DNA of 62,559 nucleotides, from positions 1-62,559 of IMG/VR virus record IMGVR_UViG_3300020045_018361; one strand, written 5' to 3'. Position numbers and translations under genes: made by a program. Positions 55,124 to 62,559 of the stretch are shown here, piece by piece. The notes under the pieces are model-generated. The model searched no databases, was not told the origin of the DNA, and was given only the letters and a program-made list of their open reading frames with translations. How positions within the stretch are numbered: position 1 is the stretch's first letter; every line of letters starts with the position of its first letter. This DNA is from a virus. Its lineage: Duplodnaviria > Caudoviricetes.

Positions 55124-55644
55124 TGCGCCCGACTCGAGATGAAACAATGATGGAGCTGGCGCGAGTGATCGCCCGGCGCTCTACGTGCCAACGAAGACAG
55201 GTTGGGGCAGTTGCCACTGATGTTCATGGGAGAGTACTTTCTATAGCCTACAACGGCGTCCCTATGGGACATCGGCATTGTGGATCTCATTTTGGAGATA
55301 AGCCCTGCCCCGGGGCGTATGAACGAAGTGGCTCCGGGCTTGATTTATGCGAAGCGATTCATGCGGAACAAAACATTTTACTATTTTGCAATGATATCAT
55401 GCGCCTGAACACAATCTATGTGACCGTTTCCCCGTGCGTCCACTGTGTTAAAATGTTGCTCAACACCGCGGCCAAGCGGGTCGTATATCTCGAGGAGTAT
55501 TCTCACGATGCCGCAGCAAGTCGTCTCTGGACGTCGAACGGGTCTAGGACGTGGGAGCGTCTCGGACCCGCGGCAAACGCCATTGTTCATGCCAATATCG
55601 GACTGGTCTCCGCCCCGGGTGGCGGACCTGCCGGACTTCTCTAG
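55123..55644 (+). CDS. dCMP deaminase (ComEB-like)
   Basis: RSTC.RRQVGAV, YNG.P, HAEQN, SPCVHC. Confidence 0.92.
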   Translation: MRPTRDETMMELARVIARRSTCQRRQVGAVATDVHGRVLSIAYNGVPMGHRHCGSHFGDKPCPGAYERSGSGLDLCEAIHAEQNILLFCNDIMRLNTIYVTVSPCVHCVKMLLNTAAKRVVYLEEYSHDAAASRLWTSNGSRTWERLGPAANAIVHANIGLVSAPGGGPAGLL

Positions 55645-57523
55645 GTTCTCAATTCTTGGCCTAGATACAGAAACCCACGATCCGGAGCTCAAGGAAAAAG
55701 GGCCCGGTTGGGCGACTCGCAATGGCCGCATCGTCGGAATTTGTTTGGCAGCTGAAGATCAAAAATGGTATCTGCCTATCTCGCATCCAGAGGATAATAT
55801 AGATGATCCCGCTAGGTTACTCGAAAAATTGCGATTCGAGCTTAAACAATTTCAAGGGACTCTTGTCGGACACAATCTTCTATACGACCTTGGGTGGTTG
55901 ACCACTCTCCAGATACACGCGCCTCGAGCTTCTTTCTATGATACGGGCTTCGCTGCGGCGCTGTTAGATGAAGATCGGCTTTCATACTCCTTGGCAGCGC
56001 TTGCTCGCGATGCGGGACTTGCGCCGAAAGATGAAACTCTTCTCAAAGAAGCAGCCTCGGCGGCGGGTGTTGATCCGAAGTCCGGACTTCACCTATTACC
56101 GGCGCGTTTTGTTGCTGACTACGGGTCACATGACGCATGGCTTCCCCTTGAAATTAGGAAAGCACAATTTCCGCAGATATCTGAATGGAAACTAGGTCCT
56201 TGGTTGGAGAAAGAACATGCCCTCATTCCCGCCTTGCTTGATATGCGTGCTCGTGGCGTCCGGGTTGACCTCGACGGGGCCGAGCGGCTTCAACGTTCTT
56301 TCGCAGCTAAGCGTGACGAACGACTCAAATTGCTACAAGCTGAAGGTGGACGCTCAGTTGACATCTGGTCTCCCGGAGACCTCGCGTCTCTTTTTCAGGA
56401 ATTGGACGTCTTGGCTCCACGCACTCGATTGGGTCGCCCGTCAATAACTGCCTCATGGTTGGAGTCTCTTCAACATCCGGTAGGACGTTGGGTAGTCGAG
56501 GCACGGCGTTATGACAAGGCCCAACGCGACTTTTGCGGGTCTATGATCTTGGGGCATCAAGTCAATGGACGCATCCATACGCAGTTCCATCCGTTGCGCT
56601 CCGATGACGGGGGAACGATTACCGGCCGATTTTCATCGAATGGGCCTAATCTGCAACAAGTACCTGCGCGAGACCCAGAAATTGGGCCGGCTATTCGCAG
56701 TCTATTCCTGCCTGAAGACGGGGAGTCCTGGTATTCCGTAGACTACGCGGCCCAGGAGCCACGCTTGACAGTTCACTTCGCAAACCTGATGAACTACCCC
56801 GGCGCAGCGGAGATGGTTCAGCGGTTCAGGGAAAACCCTAATACAGACTTGCACCAAGAGACGGCAGATTTGATGGGTATCAAGCGCAAGCCCGCCAAAA
56901 CAATTAATCTCGGCATTGCCTATGGGATGCGGGCATTGAAGCTTTGCCGAGAATTGGGATTACCCACCGAGTTCATCGAAATAACCGATCGAGCAACGGG
57001 ACAACTCATAACAATTGAAGTGGCCGGGAGTGAGGGAAAAACTTTGATGGCCTCTCACCACGAAAAAGTTCCATTCATCTCGAAATTATTTGACAGTGCT
57101 CAAGCGAAGGCCGAAGAGCGCGGGTGGGTGCGCACTCTGGGCGGTCGTTTGTCCCGATTCAATCTTTGGGAACCAACGGGAAAAGTTCGTCGGGCCTTCA
57201 CACCACCTCTGCGCTATGATGACGCAGTTCAACGCTATGGAAGCGTTCAACGGGCATACACCTATAAGGCGATGAACAAACTGATTCAAGGCTCTGCAGC
57301 GGATATGATCAAGCTAGCAATGCTGGACCTCCATCGCGAGGGGATTGTCCCTTTGCTTACGATCCACGATGAGTTGGGTTTCAGCTTCGCGAGTGAAGTT
57401 GAAGCGAAACAGGCGGGAGAAATCATGTGCGCGGCGGTCAAGCTGGCAGTGCCCATAATGGTCGACATTGAGAGTGGCCCCACTTGGGGGGCCGCGAAAC
57501 CATTGGTGAACGACGATGCCTGA
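55508..57523 (+). CDS. polA: DNA polymerase family A with 3'-5' exonuclease
   Basis: LDTET, HNLLYD, TGRFSS..PNLQQ, DYAAQEPR, KTINLGIAYGM, LIQGSAAD, IHDE; GAGGAG before ATG 55508 (start uncertain). Confidence 0.95.
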   Translation: MPQQVVSGRRTGLGRGSVSDPRQTPLFMPISDWSPPRVADLPDFSRFSILGLDTETHDPELKEKGPGWATRNGRIVGICLAAEDQKWYLPISHPEDNIDDPARLLEKLRFELKQFQGTLVGHNLLYDLGWLTTLQIHAPRASFYDTGFAAALLDEDRLSYSLAALARDAGLAPKDETLLKEAASAAGVDPKSGLHLLPARFVADYGSHDAWLPLEIRKAQFPQISEWKLGPWLEKEHALIPALLDMRARGVRVDLDGAERLQRSFAAKRDERLKLLQAEGGRSVDIWSPGDLASLFQELDVLAPRTRLGRPSITASWLESLQHPVGRWVVEARRYDKAQRDFCGSMILGHQVNGRIHTQFHPLRSDDGGTITGRFSSNGPNLQQVPARDPEIGPAIRSLFLPEDGESWYSVDYAAQEPRLTVHFANLMNYPGAAEMVQRFRENPNTDLHQETADLMGIKRKPAKTINLGIAYGMRALKLCRELGLPTEFIEITDRATGQLITIEVAGSEGKTLMASHHEKVPFISKLFDSAQAKAEERGWVRTLGGRLSRFNLWEPTGKVRRAFTPPLRYDDAVQRYGSVQRAYTYKAMNKLIQGSAADMIKLAMLDLHREGIVPLLTIHDELGFSFASEVEAKQAGEIMCAAVKLAVPIMVDIESGPTWGAAKPLVNDDA

Positions 57524-57938
57524 AATAGACGCCTATAAAACTCTCCATCGAACAGTTAAGCGTGGTCGTTGGATCCGGCTAGAGAATCCTATTACTCCGG
57601 GTCTTCCAGATTGTTTGGTGGTTATCAAAGATCCAAGCGATGAAGATAATACACGCTATACGTGGCTTGAAGCCAAAGAGCTTAAATTCCTTCGACGCGA
57701 TAAAGTGTTCCGAATCAACAACTTACGTCCGGAACAATTGTCTGAAATGACCCGCCTCCGACTCAACGGCGCGCGGGTATTTATACTGCTTCATCGGCCG
57801 CGTTGTCGGTGGATAATTCCATCGTCAATTGATAATCTTTTAGCTTTACAGCTGGGCGTGGATGAAGAATGGTTGGCGGCTAAAAATGTTCCGTGGCAAA
57901 CAGCCTTGCTTCCGGAAGCCCAGGGAGAATTTTGGTGA
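57516..57938 (+). CDS. PD-(D/E)xK nuclease (VRR-NUC/resolvase-like)
   Basis: RLEN...GLPD...WLEAK...LRPEQ. Confidence 0.7.
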   Translation: MPEIDAYKTLHRTVKRGRWIRLENPITPGLPDCLVVIKDPSDEDNTRYTWLEAKELKFLRRDKVFRINNLRPEQLSEMTRLRLNGARVFILLHRPRCRWIIPSSIDNLLALQLGVDEEWLAAKNVPWQTALLPEAQGEFW

Positions 57939-59416
57939 CCTACGTTCCCCGCCAAGATCTCCCTATGTTCGCCCATCAACGCGAAACATGGGAAAGTACT
58001 CGGCATCTTAAGGCCTGGGGTTTATTGTTTGAACAGCGCTGCGGGAAATCCCGTGTGTTGCTGGACACGGCTGGGTGGCTGTATGATCAGGGATTTATCA
58101 AAGGGCTGCTGATTATTGCCCCCAAAGAAGTATGTCGAACCTGGGAGCAAGAGCAACTACCTAAGTTTTTAACACTCAATTCAGAAGTGCTACGCTGGCG
58201 TGGACTCGGAACACGCGATCGTCGAAGACGCGTTGAGGATATTTGCTCCCCAGGAACACGCCTCAAAGTGTTCATCATCAATGTCGAGGCCTTCTCTGGC
58301 GCTGGTGGAGGCGCCATTGTTAAGATCTGCCGACACTTTATGAAGTCCCATCAAACATTATTGACAGTTGATGAGTCGTCTACCATCAAAGAACGCACAA
58401 GCAAGAGGACCGAGCGAGTTTTGGCTTTAGCCAGTTTAGCGCCGTTTAGGCGCATCCTTACTGGGACGCCAGTGACTCAAACTCCGTTGGATTGTTTTAC
58501 CCAGATTGGTTTTCTAGACACCAAGGTATTCGGCACGAATTGGTTTGCCTTCCGAGCCCGCTACGCTGTTATAGAAGATGTCTACACGCAAATACGGGGC
58601 GAAAGGAAGACGGTCAAAGTTGTTAAGGGGTATAGAAATCTCGAGGAATTGACGGAGAAACTTGTATCTATAAGCACCAGGGTGCTGCGCAAGGACTGTT
58701 TCGATCTGCCCCCGAAGCTTTTCCAAAAAATAGACGTGGAGATACCCGACGATTTGCGACGCATCTACGACATGATGGCTAAGCGTGAGGTTCTGGCCTT
58801 GGAGGCTGAAGGAATTGTGACACCAGCGCTAGCTCTTGCCCGTTCTATGTCTCTTAGACAACTTACCAGCGAATTCCTACTACAAAAAGACGAGGTTAGC
58901 GGGGACACAAACAAGCTTGAGTTTGGGCGTTCTCGTCTAGATGCTCTGATTCATGCGGTCAAAGAGTGCTCGGGCAAAGTTGTTGTCTGGACAGTTTTTC
59001 AGCATAGCCAAGGGAGAATTATTGATACTTTGATGGACTCCGGTGTACCAGTGGTTTCTCTTGTGGGCGGTGACTCTGACGCGCAACGGGAAGAAGCACT
59101 TCGTTTATTTAGGTCCGATGAAGTCAATGTCATCGTGGTGAACCAGCGCATTGGGCAGTTCGGCCTAGACCTATCCGCCGCTGACTGGTCTATCTGTTAT
59201 GAGCATGACTGGAGCGTTGAAAGGCGGGTTCAGCTCGAGGATCGTACTCAGCACCCAAGTCGTACGAAATCGGTCGGATATTTAGATCTAGTAATGCCCG
59301 GGACCATTGACGATGTGATACTCACCGCTGTGAAAAATGGACGAAACTTAGCTGACGTTGTGGCCGGTTTTGGCTGGAAAACAATCTTCAAGGAAATTGA
59401 CAATGATCAACTATGA
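57935..59416 (+). CDS. SNF2-family helicase
   Basis: EQRCGKS, DESS.IK, LTGTP, KVVVW, GLDL, QLEDR. Confidence 0.9.
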   Translation: MTYVPRQDLPMFAHQRETWESTRHLKAWGLLFEQRCGKSRVLLDTAGWLYDQGFIKGLLIIAPKEVCRTWEQEQLPKFLTLNSEVLRWRGLGTRDRRRRVEDICSPGTRLKVFIINVEAFSGAGGGAIVKICRHFMKSHQTLLTVDESSTIKERTSKRTERVLALASLAPFRRILTGTPVTQTPLDCFTQIGFLDTKVFGTNWFAFRARYAVIEDVYTQIRGERKTVKVVKGYRNLEELTEKLVSISTRVLRKDCFDLPPKLFQKIDVEIPDDLRRIYDMMAKREVLALEAEGIVTPALALARSMSLRQLTSEFLLQKDEVSGDTNKLEFGRSRLDALIHAVKECSGKVVVWTVFQHSQGRIIDTLMDSGVPVVSLVGGDSDAQREEALRLFRSDEVNVIVVNQRIGQFGLDLSAADWSICYEHDWSVERRVQLEDRTQHPSRTKSVGYLDLVMPGTIDDVILTAVKNGRNLADVVAGFGWKTIFKEIDNDQL

Positions 59417-59771
59417 CCAGATTCCGGCTATCTACCGTCACAGAATGAAGGGATATTTGACTCGAGGAATATCTCCGGGCCCGTTTTTGACAGCAGTTCT
59501 TGGGGGAGAACTCTTCGAGGCAACCCGTCAAGCAAGTAGCTTCGATTCGCACTGCCTAGGAAGTCTCGTCAAGTGGCTTATGACCGAGCCAGAGATACCC
59601 GCGGCATCATTTGGATCCCCAGATGTTGTGGGCGCTTGGATCAGAGCAGCGGACCAACCCCAGCAAGCGCGTGTCGTATCGCCGCGAGCTGACGAAGTTG
59701 GGCCAACCCCGCAGACGGCTGATGTGTCAGAAGTTGCTCCAACAGCGACTCAATTTCCTCGCGGGAATTAA
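59403..59771 (+). CDS. Phage protein of unknown function
   Basis: GI.PGPFLTAVL...L..A...FGS...V..W; overlaps the convergent gene by 131 nt. Confidence 0.6.
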   Translation: MINYDQIPAIYRHRMKGYLTRGISPGPFLTAVLGGELFEATRQASSFDSHCLGSLVKWLMTEPEIPAASFGSPDVVGAWIRAADQPQQARVVSPRADEVGPTPQTADVSEVAPTATQFPRGN

Positions 59772-61050
59772 CTGGTCCGCCCCGACGATAGAATTTCACG
59801 TGACCGCCATGAGAGCCGCCCATATCGCCGACACCGGCGTAATCTCCAGAATTTCCACCGACGCCTCCGCCGCCGCTACCGGCATCATTTCCGCCTGCAT
59901 CGCTTCCGCCCGCACCACCGTCGCCACCTCCAACTTCTGGCCCGCCCCCCTTTTCTCCGCTCTTATCCCCGCCCGGATCTGTCGATCCAGCATAGGACCC
60001 ATAATATGATTGAGTATCATTCGGGTCGATATCGGGTAGGCTAATCGTATCGTCGGGATTTAGAGTCACGTCGATCGTTCCAGGTACCGAGATAGCTGCT
60101 GCCGCTATATCGGCCAAATTATCCGCGGCTCGATCTTGACTTTGCGACGCATTTGGACCAGCAGGAGTATCAGACATACCGACGGGGGCAGTACCGGTCA
60201 TTCCGGCCGCTGGAGTACCACCCGCCGGGTCAGTTCCGTCATAAGGAGATCCGGAGATATCGGGACTACCAGAAGGGTCAGATGGACCCGTCTGCCCAGG
60301 TGCGCCTCCCCCAAAACTAGACGCCCCAGATGGACTGCTCCCGCCGGGGCTAGCTGAAGCTGGGTCAGTTCCGCCCATACTTTCACCCGGGCTAGCTGAA
60401 GCGGGGTCAGTTCTACCCATACTTCCAGCAAGAGCTGAAGATATTGACCCAGTATCCTGCGGAGAATGCGGGTCTAGCAACCCAACATCCCCGCGCCTGT
60501 TTGGCCCGATAAGACCCTGATGCTGTAGCATATTGAGCAATGTTCCCAGCGCGCCTACGGGTGCGGCGAAGCCGCCCATCCCAAGAAGTCCGGGGATACC
60601 CGCGGCCAGAGAAGCCGCGACTTTACCTGCACTCGGCTGTTTACCTGAAGCCAAGCTAGAAATCAAACCAGCAAGGCCAGGAGGCCCCTGCAATCCAGCA
60701 AGACCCAATTTTGATTGCATCCGGCCTAGCATGTCTTGGTTTTTTGGGGATACTCCGGGGGGAAGTGGACGTTCTCCAATAGCTCCCATATAACTCCCAT
60801 CATAAGCATTTTGCCCCGGAGGAGACGTGGGTGCGGATGCATTGCCACCATCTGGATATAAGAAATTGTAGAAAGAGTTGAAAGTCCCGGGTTGGTCGGG
60901 ACTTGTTATTGGCTGTGTTTGTAGCTGCGTTTGTAGCTGTGCGGGAGTTCCTTGCTGACCAGGTACTCCAGAACCAAGTGCCCGGGGATTAAAAGCAGCA
61001 AGTCGCATCTGATTCATGTAGTCTTGCGGGGTGATATACGGTAGAGGCAT
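59641..61050 (-). CDS. Low-complexity putative internal virion protein with C-terminal YRRGGPV
   Basis: 469 aa, Gly/Pro/Ser/Asp-rich, TDPASASPG repeats; last gene of the late arm. Confidence 0.6.
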   Translation of the reverse strand: MPLPYITPQDYMNQMRLAAFNPRALGSGVPGQQGTPAQLQTQLQTQPITSPDQPGTFNSFYNFLYPDGGNASAPTSPPGQNAYDGSYMGAIGERPLPPGVSPKNQDMLGRMQSKLGLAGLQGPPGLAGLISSLASGKQPSAGKVAASLAAGIPGLLGMGGFAAPVGALGTLLNMLQHQGLIGPNRRGDVGLLDPHSPQDTGSISSALAGSMGRTDPASASPGESMGGTDPASASPGGSSPSGASSFGGGAPGQTGPSDPSGSPDISGSPYDGTDPAGGTPAAGMTGTAPVGMSDTPAGPNASQSQDRAADNLADIAAAAISVPGTIDVTLNPDDTISLPDIDPNDTQSYYGSYAGSTDPGGDKSGEKGGGPEVGGGDGGAGGSDAGGNDAGSGGGGVGGNSGDYAGVGDMGGSHGGHVKFYRRGGPVNSREEIESLLEQLLTHQPSAGLAQLRQLAAIRHALAGVGPLL

Positions 61051-61052
61051 GA

Positions 61053-62559
61053 TTATTGGGCCCCTTCAAGTTGAAGTTGTTCTTCGGGAGGCACGAGCTG
61101 GTTCTGGGTTGCAAAGCCACGGGCAGGCCCGACAATTGCGTCTCCAACAGGTACCGCGGTTCCAGGTCGTTGACCGGCGCGGAGCTGACGGATTTCGTTG
61201 AGGATGCGTTGGTTGTCTACTGGGTTTGGGTTGAAAAGAATGCGTTGGAGTTCCGCAGCCGTTTTTCGATCCATCGTGGGGCTGCTGATATGCCGGCTTA
61301 GGGTTGACAGCATTGAACGGATAAGAGGCCCCGGGTGTCCCTGCAAAGCAGATCCCATGGCGGGTCCCCAATGGCTCAATGCTTCAGCGCCTATTACTGA
61401 GTTTTCAGCTTGGAGTTGAGCGGTGCGTGATCCGCCCATAATCCGAGTTGATGTTCGGCCCATCAAGGCTTCATGCTGAAGACCGGACATAAAATCATTA
61501 AAAGCAGCCCGATTGGGAAACACACCTTGCAGGCGGCGCATCATGCGCGGAGTCAACAGAGTTTTAGCCGCGTCTGCAGTTCCTTGAACTTTGCTCATTC
61601 GGTCAATAATATCTGTGGCTAATCCGACGCGGAAATAATCTTGATCCCCGGGACGAAGTCTATTATACTCGCGCATGATATTTTCAAAAGATTCTTCTCC
61701 ACCGTTAAGTAGTTTACGGCCGAGTTGAACGGCATCTTGGGAAGCAGAAGAGTCGAACCAAACAGCTCGCGCTTTCTTGAATGAAGGATTCAAATCGTCG
61801 ATCACCTCAAGAAATTCATTACGCAAGTTCCCAATAGATCGAGACTGCGCCGTGGCACCACCGACGCTGGTTTGCGCGGCTTCTTCACTTGCGCGAAGAG
61901 CGCGCTGAATCATATCAACATCGCGCATGTCGATGGTTGGAATTGTCTTAGTAGCTCCAACGCGATCAAACCCGCTGAAATCACGCCCTTCAACTCCAGC
62001 AAACCAACGAGCTTTGTCCATAGCGCCCGCGGCTTCCAGGCGAGATATAAATGGGTCAAGATCAGAACTCGCCACCCGACCAAAGCTATAGGCTTGATCA
62101 TATAGTGGCCGCGCGAGCGCTTGCTTCATTCTATTCAACGCTTCGAGTGTAGGTGCTACCCCGCGATCTGCACTTGGGACGAGAGTAGTGCTAAGCTCAG
62201 CGGCTACTCGATGCAGCTGATCTTGCATTCTCTCGACCATCAAGCGTGCCACATCGTCGCGCCCTTCGCCGGGCTGTTTATATGCTGCTTCGGCTCGAGC
62301 ACGCACATTTTCCCCGCCAAGATCTGCAATAGTAAGCGGGCGCCCGCGGGTACTTCCCGGCAATACTGCCGTCTCGAGCTCAGCTAAACGTGCTTCGGAG
62401 CCAATTGAATGAGAAAGGAGTTGACGGGCATTCATTTCGGCCCAGGATTGCGATGGAACGACTTGATTTTTGAGGGCGCGGACGCCTCGACCCAGCCCGT
62501 ATGCCCCCGCAACCCCGGCGCCAAGTCCACCTCCAATCATTCCACCAACCAGGGCTGAC
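61053..62559 (-). CDS. 3' part of the junction-spanning internal virion protein
   Basis: In frame with 1-810. Confidence 0.85.
   Translation of the reverse strand, partial: SALVGGMIGGGLGAGVAGAYGLGRGVRALKNQVVPSQSWAEMNARQLLSHSIGSEARLAELETAVLPGSTRGRPLTIADLGGENVRARAEAAYKQPGEGRDDVARLMVERMQDQLHRVAAELSTTLVPSADRGVAPTLEALNRMKQALARPLYDQAYSFGRVASSDLDPFISRLEAAGAMDKARWFAGVEGRDFSGFDRVGATKTIPTIDMRDVDMIQRALRASEEAAQTSVGGATAQSRSIGNLRNEFLEVIDDLNPSFKKARAVWFDSSASQDAVQLGRKLLNGGEESFENIMREYNRLRPGDQDYFRVGLATDIIDRMSKVQGTADAAKTLLTPRMMRRLQGVFPNRAAFNDFMSGLQHEALMGRTSTRIMGGSRTAQLQAENSVIGAEALSHWGPAMGSALQGHPGPLIRSMLSTLSRHISSPTMDRKTAAELQRILFNPNPVDNQRILNEIRQLRAGQRPGTAVPVGDAIVGPARGFATQNQLVPPEEQLQLEGAQ
62439..62559. repeat. Terminal overlap identical to 1-121
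   Basis: Exact match. Confidence 0.97.

Noticed and set aside
1-62559. Integrase, transposase, RNA polymerase, rRNA, tape measure or sheath genes
   Set aside because: No supporting motifs seen in any ORF.

Overview
The window is a complete, circularly closed ~62.4-kb tailed dsDNA phage genome. Bases 1-121 repeat exactly at 62439-62559, and one minus-strand ORF reads in frame across the junction. It has two divergent halves either side of an AT-rich iteron array (~34.5-34.95 kb, probable origin). The minus-strand late arm carries small and large terminase, portal, scaffold, major capsid, GroES, podovirus-type adaptor/nozzle/fibre and ejection proteins, holin and lipoprotein genes, a GT9 glycosyltransferase, and a cassette of probable packaged cargo proteins. 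The plus-strand early/replication arm carries a TOPRIM primase-helicase, triplicated low-complexity genes, an FkbM methyltransferase, an SSB-like protein, DUF932, a pyrimidine-metabolism cluster, Leu762-type PolA, a nuclease and an SNF2 helicase. A GcrA-like HTH and the promoter style suggest an alphaproteobacterial host (inference). Most notable: (1) an antisense tRNA-Thr(UGU)-like cloverleaf with a 26-nt D-loop, nested in a ~570-nt highly base-paired intergenic element inside the head operon; (2) a thymidylate-synthase homolog with the dCMP-specifying Asp, next to a kinase-UDG-like fusion, a dCMP deaminase and an NTP pyrophosphatase; (3) a short xxxGGxV tag shared by six otherwise dissimilar late proteins; (4) virion-type proteins with signal peptides; (5) several further candidate pseudoknotted RNAs. 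All family assignments are by-eye motif recognition and all RNA structures are hand-derived; no database search or folding program was run.
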